Shown in pieces: positions 8,660 through 16,207 of a DNA stretch of 16,745 nt. Under the pieces are notes generated by a model. It made no database searches. It saw only the letters and a list, made by a program, of their open reading frames with translations, and had not been told where the DNA came from. Positions within the stretch are counted from its first letter, which is position 1; each line of letters starts with the position of its first letter. The position numbers and the translations under genes were made by a program. Source of the DNA: an uncultured Thermococci archaeon. GTDB taxonomy: Archaea; Methanobacteriota_B; Thermococci; Thermococcales; Thermococcaceae. The stretch spans positions 1 through 16,745 of the forward strand of contig CAZAPD010000005.1 of NCBI GenBank assembly GCA_964487115.1, read 5' to 3'.

Positions 8660-9322
8660 TTAGCCCTTCATGATGAGTTGCCATAGAGGATTAGCCCATA
8701 CTATCAGCCACCACCTTCCGAGCTCCTTCCTTTTCTGCCTGTAATCAGGATGAAATCGACTTACTATGTTCCAAAACTTTTTGCTGTGGTTCAGTTCAAT
8801 TAAGTGGGCAAGCTCATGAACAACAAGATAATCAAGCAGTTCCAGAGGAAGAGAAGCTGCCGCTAAATTGAAGCTCAGATTGCCTATGGAGGAACAGCTG
8901 GCCCATCTACTCCTGTTTTTCCTTATGAAAATTCGGTTGGGGGTTTGGTCGATTAAAGGTGAGTACCTGCTGACAACTTCCAGAAGCTCCTTTTTAAGAG
9001 TAGCTCTAAGAAATCTTTCAAGCTGAGACAAATCCCGATAGCAAATTCGGTTTTCATATATTCCTGTTTTATCACCTTTTTCAGCATCATAAAAACTTCC
9101 AGATAAAGGGAATCTTTCAAAGGCCTCCGATGGGATATCCTCAAATAGTGCAAGTTTTTTCAAAATCCAGCCCCTCTTCTCTCTAATGAATTTTTCTACA
9201 TCTTCAGTTGGTGAAACAATCCTAAGATATCCCTCCGGCATTATATAAATTCGCAGATATCTAACGGATCGTTTAATCACCTCATATCTAACCTCTTTAC
9301 CATCCAGCTCAATGACCTTCAT
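8660..9322 (-). CDS. YgjP/DUF45 (M48-like) zinc metallo-hydrolase
   Basis: SRWASCS...LSFN...DYLVVHELAHLIELNHSKKFW is the YgjP-family HExxH signature. Confidence 0.88.
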   Translation of the reverse strand: MKVIELDGKEVRYEVIKRSVRYLRIYIMPEGYLRIVSPTEDVEKFIREKRGWILKKLALFEDIPSEAFERFPLSGSFYDAEKGDKTGIYENRICYRDLSQLERFLRATLKKELLEVVSRYSPLIDQTPNRIFIRKNRSRWASCSSIGNLSFNLAAASLPLELLDYLVVHELAHLIELNHSKKFWNIVSRFHPDYRQKRKELGRWWLIVWANPLWQLIMKG

Positions 9323-9395
9323 GAATTTTCCTTAGAAAGCAGGTAGAAAAATTTTCCCATAACCCTTTTAAGAAGCTGGTTTAATGATAATCAGA

Positions 9396-9453
9396 ACCGA
9401 TGATGAGTGTCATCCCTACGGAGTGATGAAGACGTTTTATCCCCAGCTGAGGT
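9396..9453 (+). ncRNA. Box C/D methylation-guide sRNA
   Basis: C box ATGATGA 9400-9406, D' CGGA 9419-9422, C' GTGATGA 9423-9429, D CTGA 9447-9450. ACC/GGT terminal stem. TATA TTTTAAG at 9366-9372 is correctly placed for a start near 9396. Confidence 0.85.
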
Positions 9454-9459
9454 GGTTTC

Positions 9460-9930
9460 ATGTTTGGATTTGAACTTTTTAAAAGAAAGAAGAAAGAAAA
9501 AAAAGGTCCTCTAATTTATCTTAGCGAGCCTACGATTATCTATCACACACAGACAGAAAAGGTCATCCTTGAGATAATTGAAGAGAAGTTGGGTTCAAAT
9601 AATGTCATTCTCCCCTCCAAATATGGCCTGAGGAGCACCAGCCACATGATAAAGGATGCAGAAATTTTTGTTGCGATTGCAATAATCGGGAAATTCACAT
9701 CCCTCGTTGTCGGGGAAGTTAAAATTGCTAAGAAACTTAACAAAAAGATATACACCCTAACCATAGCAAGAAGAAAAAATGAGGTTGAGTATCTATTTCA
9801 AGAAGGCATACCCAAGGACATCGAATGGCTTTCTCCTGAGGAAACAGAGCGGCTGTATGAAGATTTTAGAGGAGAGGAGTTTTCTGGATTCATGAAGTTT
9901 TTCATTGGAGATAGAAGGAGGTCATGGTAA
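9460..9930 (+). CDS. Hypothetical protein
   Basis: 156-aa ORF with a GAGGTG SD and host-like codon usage; its stop is coupled to the next start (TAATG). Confidence 0.75.
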   Translation: MFGFELFKRKKKEKKGPLIYLSEPTIIYHTQTEKVILEIIEEKLGSNNVILPSKYGLRSTSHMIKDAEIFVAIAIIGKFTSLVVGEVKIAKKLNKKIYTLTIARRKNEVEYLFQEGIPKDIEWLSPEETERLYEDFRGEEFSGFMKFFIGDRRRSW

Positions 9931-10718
9931 TGGCAAAATTTATGGTTCCAAAATCTCATCCCAGATACTGGAGCCTTTACTACAGACACAGACTTGAGGA
10001 GGCACTTGAAAAAGGCATTCTGGCCAAAGCTGGAATGATAGCCCACGGCAGAGGGGAGGCATTTGATTATTTAATTGGTGAAAAGACTATTAAACCAGCT
10101 GAGGAAGCCATGAAAGCTGCAGTGGCAAAATTTCTTCTGGCGGAGCATCCTGTAGTCTCTGTGAACGGCAATGTGGCTGCCCTCGTACCGAAGGAGACAA
10201 TTGAGCTGGCAAAGGCTCTGAATGCCAGACTCGAGATAAACCTCTTTTACCGTAGCGAGGAGAGGGTTAGGGCAATAGCAGAGGAGCTTAAAAGATATGA
10301 TCCTGATGTGGAGCTTCTCGGTATAAACCCGACAAAAAGAATCCCAAACCTCGAAAGCGAGCGTGGAAAAGTTGATGAAGAGGGTATCTGGAAGGCGGAT
10401 GTTGTTCTCGTCCCCTTGGAAGACGGCGACAGGACAGAGGCTTTAGTGGCCATGGGGAAGTTCGTGGTTACCGTTGACCTGAACCCCCTCTCAAGAAGCG
10501 CCAGAATGGCACACATAACGATAGTTGATAATATAATCAGAGCCTATCCTTACATGATAGAGCTCGCAAGAGAAATGAAAAAACTTCCAAAGACTGAGCT
10601 TGAGAGGATTGTCAGGAGTTACGATAATGAAAGGGTCCTAAATGCTGTATTAATTTATATACGAGACAGACTAACACAGCTCACCGAAGAAGGAATCTGG
10701 AGGAAGAGGGAACTGTGA
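9930..10718 (+). CDS. Archaeal phosphopantothenate synthetase (4-phosphopantoate--beta-alanine ligase)
   Basis: PKSHPRYWSL, AHGRGEAFDYLIGE, VSVNGN, VPLEDGDRTEAL, DLNPLSRSA and TIVDNI are the archaeal PPS motifs. ATG 9930 is preferred over 9924 (GGAGGT 7 nt upstream). Confidence 0.93.
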   Translation: MAKFMVPKSHPRYWSLYYRHRLEEALEKGILAKAGMIAHGRGEAFDYLIGEKTIKPAEEAMKAAVAKFLLAEHPVVSVNGNVAALVPKETIELAKALNARLEINLFYRSEERVRAIAEELKRYDPDVELLGINPTKRIPNLESERGKVDEEGIWKADVVLVPLEDGDRTEALVAMGKFVVTVDLNPLSRSARMAHITIVDNIIRAYPYMIELAREMKKLPKTELERIVRSYDNERVLNAVLIYIRDRLTQLTEEGIWRKREL

Positions 10719-10733
10719 ATTAAGTTAAAGTCA

Positions 10734-11465
10734 TCAAAGCTCCTTCTCTTTCTTTTCAACGAGCCTTCTCAGGCTGTTTATCAGGTCATTTTCATTCTCC
10801 ACATGGGAAATTACAAGGGGCACCCTCTCCCTCTCCGCCAGCTTTACAGCCAGCTGGTCGAGATTTTTGACACCATGAAGAACGACAACAGCGGGTTTAA
10901 GCCCCTGAACCCTTATGGCAATCATTGGGCTTCTGCCTGTGGTAACCTTTGTGAAAACAAGAGCCCTTTCGGTAGTCCAGCCATAGAGCTTTAAGAACTC
11001 CTCTGCGCTCATCTCAAGAATAGCCTGAATACTGTCTATGACTGTATATCCATAAATTCTGCGGTCTATAAGATCGAGGTTTGCAACAACCTCACCTTTA
11101 ACAGCATCAACAATATCTTTGACAGTGGCAGGTAAAGCGAATTCCCTTATATCGAGAATGGCACTTGTTGGAAACTCACTCCCGATAGTTTTGCTGAATG
11201 CCCTTATAACGTTGCCACCACGCTTTTCATCTATTTCAAGGAGAGCCTCAACAAACTTCCTGATTGTAGATGCACCGGGGCTCTTTCTCCTGCCCCCTTC
11301 ATAGTCACTAATAACGGATGAAGAAACTCCAAGAAACTCGGCCAGCTCGGTCTGGCTTATACCAAATATCTCCCTCCATTTACGCATGGTTTTTCCCGGA
11401 TCTGCCGAGAGAGTTATCTCACCCGCTATCCTTTTGGCGAGAGCTTCCTTCTCTTTCTCCAACAT
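10734..11465 (-). CDS. XRE-type HTH transcriptional regulator (COG1709-like, DRTGG-like C-terminus), probably leaderless
   Basis: MRKWREIFGISQTELAEFLGVSSSVISDYEGGRRKSPG HTH; FTKVTTGRSPMIA motif. Minus-strand CGAAAGG-TTTATAA lies about 24 nt upstream of the ATG, with no SD. Confidence 0.88.
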   Translation of the reverse strand: MLEKEKEALAKRIAGEITLSADPGKTMRKWREIFGISQTELAEFLGVSSSVISDYEGGRRKSPGASTIRKFVEALLEIDEKRGGNVIRAFSKTIGSEFPTSAILDIREFALPATVKDIVDAVKGEVVANLDLIDRRIYGYTVIDSIQAILEMSAEEFLKLYGWTTERALVFTKVTTGRSPMIAIRVQGLKPAVVVLHGVKNLDQLAVKLAERERVPLVISHVENENDLINSLRRLVEKKEKEL

Positions 11466-11625
11466 GATAGGGAATTTTTCGTCTATTGTTATAAACCTTT
11501 CGGCAATTGCCTAACAATTTTCGGCTGCGTTCTGAAAAAGCAGAGAGCATGCCAGAGTAAGGGTATGCAAAAAGGTCCGTAATTAATCTCCGAAAGTTCC
11601 CTTTAATCGAGATTTTCACTTTAGA

Positions 11626-11655
11626 ATTGAGAATTTATTGATTGAGAATTTATTG
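11626..11655. repeat. Perfect 15-bp tandem duplication (ATTGAGAATTTATTG x2)
   Basis: Read directly: 11626-11640 equals 11641-11655. Confidence 0.9.
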
Positions 11656-11813
11656 AGGGAATGCGATTCATATGCTCGGACTATAGAGAAGAATTGTCTT
11701 CTAATGCCCCAGAGAAGCGAGGATAGATCAAAAGAAGTTTGAGACAATAGGGTGAAACGAATCCTCGTGAAAGGATCTCCAAAGGAGGATCACGAGCTTT
11801 AATGAAACTTTTC

Positions 11814-11858
11814 TGGTGGGCCCGCGGGGATTCGAACCCCGGACCTCCACCTTGTAAG
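11814..11858 (-). repeat. att site: duplicated 3' half of tRNA-Val(TAC), anticodon loop to CCA (not a full tRNA)
   Basis: Reverse complement CTTACAA-GGTGG-AGGTC-CGGGG-TTCGAAT-CCCCG-CGGGCCC-A-CCA gives the anticodon loop (TAC), 3' anticodon stem, T-arm, acceptor strand and CCA. The D-arm and 5' acceptor strand are absent. Confidence 0.93.
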
Positions 11859-12672
11859 ACGTGGAAAACTCAACGATTTGTGGGCCATTTACAAAATGCA
11901 GTTCTCAGAGTGGCTCTCTGACCAAATAACGCCAGTAGTGAAGAAAGACTACCTCAAAGCGCTCGAAGTCTTCTTTGGTCGGCACTCTTTGAAGACGTAC
12001 GAGGACTTGGAAAAGGCCCTCAAGGCAGAGAACTACAATGACAGAATAGTCAAAGGCCTCCGCAAGTTCACCACATTCCTTGAGGAGAAACACATCATCG
12101 ACTATCACCTCGCTGACGACTGGAGGAGAATCATGAAAATCAAACGGAAGGCAGGAGTTCGGGCCGTTTTCGTGACTGACGAGGAAATCAGAGAAGCATA
12201 CAAGGTTATCAAAGAGCGCGGTGAAGAGAAACTGACCCTCTTCAAACTCCTAGTGTACTCGGGAATCAGGCTGACTCACGCGGTTCAGCTGGTGAACACC
12301 TTCAACTGGCAGAACGTCTACATTGTGAATGAGAAGGTCGCCAGGTACCCTCTGTTTGCATTCTCCCGCGGCAAGAAGAGGGGCTTTTGGGCTTATGCTC
12401 CTAAGGAGTTCTATGAACTTCTTGAGCCCATGAATGTGAACTACGTAAGCGCCAAGGATTGGGTGAGCCACGGGAAGGTCTCAGCCAACACGATCAGGAA
12501 ATGGCACTATACTTTCTTGGTCCGTCACAAGATTGCTCCTGATGTTGCTGACTACATCCAGGGCAGGTCTTCAACCTCGGTCGGTGCCAGGCATTACGGC
12601 CACCGCGAGCTCTTGGCTGATGAAGCCTACTCACGGGTTGTGGATGAGTTGAAGAAGGTGTTGGAGGGGTGA
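11815..12672 (+). CDS. int: SSV1-type tyrosine integrase, C-terminal fragment Int(C), split by integration (track start TTG 11878)
   Basis: Catalytic motifs YSGIRLTH, KKRG, NTIRK, IQGR and ARHY. The frame stays open through the att core (GGPAGIRTPDLHLVRRGKLNDLW) and is closed by TGA at 11803-11805 in the host flank. No clear SD before TTG 11878. Confidence 0.88.
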   Translation, partial: GGPAGIRTPDLHLVRRGKLNDLWAIYKMQFSEWLSDQITPVVKKDYLKALEVFFGRHSLKTYEDLEKALKAENYNDRIVKGLRKFTTFLEEKHIIDYHLADDWRRIMKIKRKAGVRAVFVTDEEIREAYKVIKERGEEKLTLFKLLVYSGIRLTHAVQLVNTFNWQNVYIVNEKVARYPLFAFSRGKKRGFWAYAPKEFYELLEPMNVNYVSAKDWVSHGKVSANTIRKWHYTFLVRHKIAPDVADYIQGRSSTSVGARHYGHRELLADEAYSRVVDELKKVLEG

Positions 12673-12675
12673 AAG

Positions 12676-12951
12676 ATGCATCCGGTTCTAGTTGTCATGA
12701 TGCTTCACTTTCTGTTGCTAGGTCCTCAGGAGCAAGAGCAGGTCGAGCCGATTCAAATCGTCTCGATAAGGGCAATTGCGCGGAAGAACGGACTCAACAA
12801 AGATTTTGTCTGGAGAAAATTCAAGTGGTATGCTGAGATATACAAGAACAGCCCCCAACATATCATCTATGGCCCGGACGGGCGGAAGTACCCGACGCAG
12901 AAATTCGTTGAGTTCCTCGAGCAGGTTCTCGGGCGGAAAATCGTTCTTTGA
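12676..12951 (+). CDS. Small putative winged-HTH DNA-binding protein
   Basis: GGAGGGGTG SD, 3 nt after the int stop. SIRAIARKNGLNKDFVWRKF resembles an HTH, followed by a hairpin (IIYGPDGRKY) and a helix. Confidence 0.6.
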   Translation: MHPVLVVMMLHFLLLGPQEQEQVEPIQIVSIRAIARKNGLNKDFVWRKFKWYAEIYKNSPQHIIYGPDGRKYPTQKFVEFLEQVLGRKIVL

Positions 12952-13041
12952 GCTTCTTTTTGCGACATTGTCATTTTCTTCCCAACCTCTCTAAGTGATA
13001 CGCTGAAATCACTTCTCAAGCCTCCGCGGAGGGATGCGGAT

Positions 13042-14808
13042 GTGAGGTTTCGGAAAAAGCTGGTCGGCCTGGTAGTGATAGCGCTGTTTCTCGTCAGCAT
13101 CGCAGGGGCCGCGAGTGCAACAGAGTTTGACCTGCCAAAGTGGGTCATCGTGCCTGAGGACAGCACTTTCAGCGACGTGACGCTGTTCTGCGGGCTTGAT
13201 GCGATGGATACAACGAACAACGTGACGCCCTGCTATCTCGATGGGACACTTGCGAACGCTACAATCCACTTCAACAGCACGACAGGGTATCCAAAGCTCG
13301 TCACGGGCAAAATCGGGAATGCGTTCGAGTTTGACAGGAGTACTGGAGACTATGTCTCGGCACCACTTCCAAGTGCATTTGCGAGCGGAATCAATACGAG
13401 CGTGACATTCACAGCGTGGGTGATGTATTCAAGCCAGAGTTCGATAGGTTGGGTAGTAGGCGCAAGCTCGTCATGGGGGCTACAGATTAGTTTAACCGGA
13501 GCGTTGGTCTTCCTGTTCTGGCATGATGGGGCATATGATTCAGTATCAACTTCACCCCTTACTCCAGGACAATGGTATTTTGTCGTCGGCAGGTACAACA
13601 TACAAACGGGAAAAGCGGAGGTATTTGCATTTGATGCATCTGGAACGCTGGTTGCGTATAACTCCAAGACTATCACGCCAGGTACAGCACTTCTGACACA
13701 AACGTGGGTGACAGGTATTTGGATTGGATATACTTTGAATGGGGTTGTGGATGAAGCACGTATCTACTCCCGTGCCCTCACCGACGACGAAATCAAGCTC
13801 CTCTACCTCGCAGGCCGTAAGAAGCTCTCCGAGCCCGCAAACTTCCGCCAGATCTTCAGCCCCATGATTGACCTGACCAGAGACCGCGCGACCTTCTACG
13901 CCGGTCTCGAAGTCAGCACGACCGACCCGAACGGCTACGTGCCCGTTCCAGAGAGCGCTGTGAACATGAGCATCACCAGCGCGCCGCGCCTGAAGTCCGA
14001 CTACACCAACGCCGACTTCTATTACCAGGGCCACTACTGGTACCGCGCCGACAAGATACAGTTCAACCTACCGATCCAGTTCGAGACCGTCCGCGAGAGC
14101 GGCGGCTTCTCGAAGGAGATTCTCCTCGACGAGGATTCAAAGACGTTCGTCTACGAGAAGGAGTTCAAGGTCACCAACCCCACCGCCGCGAAGCTGAACG
14201 TCGTCTATGCCGTTGACCCCACAGCGCTCGGCTTCAGCCCACTTGACTACCCGAAGTTTGAAATTGACGGCGTCAGCATGGCCGAGTGGAGACCAAGCAA
14301 CAGCTCGACGCTCTACCTCATCCACACGGATGTTCTCGAACCGGGCGAAGTCTCAACGCATTGGATAAAGAGCACCTGGACGATCACAAAACAGGAGCTG
14401 AATTTCCCCGCCTCGTGGGATGACTTCAAAGGTATCACAAATTGGAGCATTGCGGAAAAACTTGCAAAGAACGCGGCTGAAGGCAAGACGGACACCTACG
14501 TCAGAGTTATCAAGATTGACAGCAATGCAGACTTGGCTAACATGACTGTTCTCGTGCCCCTGAAAGATGTGAATGATCAGGAGGATGTTCTTGAGGCTGT
14601 GGCCCTGACCGGCAGCAGGGAGACGCTCCAGGTCGAGAAGCTGGAGGACGGCAAGATTGTCGTCAAGGTCCCGAGCGAGGCCTTCGTTTCAGGACATGCA
14701 GAAATCAAAGTTCTCTACAACAAGTCGGGCGGCTCCTGGTTCAGCCAGCTCCTTGAGAAGATACGCTCGCTCATGAAGAAGATTCTGAGTTTGTTTGGAG
14801 TAGGATGA
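13042..14808 (+). CDS. Secreted/surface protein with a LamG (concanavalin A-like) domain
   Basis: Signal peptide MRFRKKLVGLVVIALFLVSIAGAASA. LamG motifs GKIGNAFEFD, TFTAWV, LTPGQWYFVVG and GVVDEARIYSRALTDDEIKLLY. Nine N-x-S/T sequons and a C-terminal amphipathic helix WFSQLLEKIRSLMKKILSLFG. Confidence 0.85.
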   Translation: MRFRKKLVGLVVIALFLVSIAGAASATEFDLPKWVIVPEDSTFSDVTLFCGLDAMDTTNNVTPCYLDGTLANATIHFNSTTGYPKLVTGKIGNAFEFDRSTGDYVSAPLPSAFASGINTSVTFTAWVMYSSQSSIGWVVGASSSWGLQISLTGALVFLFWHDGAYDSVSTSPLTPGQWYFVVGRYNIQTGKAEVFAFDASGTLVAYNSKTITPGTALLTQTWVTGIWIGYTLNGVVDEARIYSRALTDDEIKLLYLAGRKKLSEPANFRQIFSPMIDLTRDRATFYAGLEVSTTDPNGYVPVPESAVNMSITSAPRLKSDYTNADFYYQGHYWYRADKIQFNLPIQFETVRESGGFSKEILLDEDSKTFVYEKEFKVTNPTAAKLNVVYAVDPTALGFSPLDYPKFEIDGVSMAEWRPSNSSTLYLIHTDVLEPGEVSTHWIKSTWTITKQELNFPASWDDFKGITNWSIAEKLAKNAAEGKTDTYVRVIKIDSNADLANMTVLVPLKDVNDQEDVLEAVALTGSRETLQVEKLEDGKIVVKVPSEAFVSGHAEIKVLYNKSGGSWFSQLLEKIRSLMKKILSLFGVG

Positions 14809-14847
14809 TGCTTTCGTTGTTGATGCAATACGAAGGAGGTTGGATGT

Positions 14848-16194
14848 ATGGGCTGGAAAAAGTTGGTTGGACTCGTTGGAGTTTTCCTGATGGCGATGGC
14901 AGTGTTTGTCGCGGCAGCGACAATCAGCAACGTGGTTTGGGAGAACGCGATAACCGAGCCGGACGTGGGCTATGCGGCAGATATCATAGAAGGACAGCCC
15001 GCAACCATCAACATCACCATTCTGAAAAGCGACGGGCAACCGTTCGCCCCTGCAAACTTCCCGCCAAACACAACCCTGACGGTTCGCGGACGCTTTGTTG
15101 ATGAGTACGGGAACGCAATAGACATGACCGGAGACGGTGTCCCTGACATCTGGAACTTCACCAACACCTCCACGCCTGGCCTCTGGACTGCAACAATCAA
15201 CGTGAGCAACGTCCAGCCTGGCATGTACACCTTCGAAATAAGCGCGGTCGCGACGAACTCGACGACTGGAGCGATAATTGACAACGCGACCCTGCGCGAA
15301 CAGATTTGGGTTGCCGGTGGCCCGTATTGGGTTGCAATAGCAAACGTACACGACGGGCAGGAAATCCGCATTGGTAGCTTCAACTTCACCATAACCAGCC
15401 TGAGCGACGTTGGTGCCATCCTGACCCTCCCCAACCTCACCGCGCTCACCCTGACCGACAACGACCACACGGGCATTCTGGCATTCCAGAGGGACGTCAC
15501 GGGCGACGGTGCGAGCGACTGGCTCATGTTCATCAAGAGCACCGACGAGGACAACAACCCCGTGTACAACCTGTACATCTACTCTAAGGACGCCTCGCTC
15601 CTCGACGATTTCAACCAGAGCACAATTGACTTCTACAGGACAAAGGGCAACATGATTGTTTTTACGAACAGGGTTTTCAAGGATCCGAACGACAATTACA
15701 AGGCGTGGGTTGCGTGGGACAACTCACTCCTTGCAAAGCTTGGGATAAAAGCAGTGGACTACTATATCATCCCGGTTAGGGGACGCGAGCACTGGTGGGA
15801 GAGGGGCGCTCCTGCTGCCCATGAGGACGTGAAGATCATCAAGCGCACAACGTACCTTTGGGGACTCTTCGGGAATGACAAGGTCGTGTACGAGGGCAAC
15901 ATCTTCGGAAAGAACGTGAATATAGACAACGTCCTGAAGGTCTTCGGCAAGTTCGCCGGGAACAATGCACTCTTTGACACAAGAAATTGGCGTTGGGAAA
16001 TCAAGAAAGCAATGGGTGACATAACGATCCCGAACGACTATGATCTCCAAGGCCGTGAGCTCCGCGACCTGGCGATTGACGACGACCTCTGGCGCGGCTT
16101 CAACCCGCTGAAGACCAGCAAGCATGGTTTCTTCAGTGAGAGCGTGGATTGGGAGAATCTCCTTGGCCTTGCGAATGACAGCGAGGGCAGCTGA
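14848..16194 (+). CDS. Secreted hypothetical protein (beta-rich/Ig-like N-half, two DxxGDG motifs)
   Basis: AGGAGGT SD; signal peptide MGWKKLVGLVGVFLMAMAVFVAAA; PGLWTATINVSNVQPGMYTFEISA Ig-like strands; eleven N-x-S/T sequons. Confidence 0.8.
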   Translation: MGWKKLVGLVGVFLMAMAVFVAAATISNVVWENAITEPDVGYAADIIEGQPATINITILKSDGQPFAPANFPPNTTLTVRGRFVDEYGNAIDMTGDGVPDIWNFTNTSTPGLWTATINVSNVQPGMYTFEISAVATNSTTGAIIDNATLREQIWVAGGPYWVAIANVHDGQEIRIGSFNFTITSLSDVGAILTLPNLTALTLTDNDHTGILAFQRDVTGDGASDWLMFIKSTDEDNNPVYNLYIYSKDASLLDDFNQSTIDFYRTKGNMIVFTNRVFKDPNDNYKAWVAWDNSLLAKLGIKAVDYYIIPVRGREHWWERGAPAAHEDVKIIKRTTYLWGLFGNDKVVYEGNIFGKNVNIDNVLKVFGKFAGNNALFDTRNWRWEIKKAMGDITIPNDYDLQGRELRDLAIDDDLWRGFNPLKTSKHGFFSESVDWENLLGLANDSEGS

Positions 16195-16207
16195 GGGGGC
16201 CTGAGCA

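Noticed and set aside
8660..9322. YgjP gene as a marker of a type I restriction-modification or defence locus
   Set aside because: No hsd or other defence genes are nearby; it sits among housekeeping genes.
11488..11496. GTTATAAAC as a SurR site at the HTH regulator promoter
   Set aside because: It is a single short match produced largely by the TATA box itself, with no n5GTT extension or phased neighbours.
11626..11657. CRISPR repeat remnant
   Set aside because: Two abutting 15-mers with no spacer, too short for a CRISPR repeat, and no cas genes in the window.
11814..11890. Complete tRNA-Val gene
   Set aside because: Only the anticodon loop to CCA is present. The 5' acceptor strand and D-arm are replaced by integrase sequence.
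11802..11921. ATG-started short ORF (MKLFWWARGDSNPGP...) as a replacement integrase start
   Set aside because: It is out of frame with Int(C), stops after 39 codons, and is just the usual antisense reading of a tRNA 3' half.
13321..13761. Diversity-generating retroelement target as the cause of the A/T-rich LamG core
   Set aside because: No template repeat or reverse transcriptase is visible, and the shift is a general third-position bias over more than 400 bp rather than a short variable repeat.
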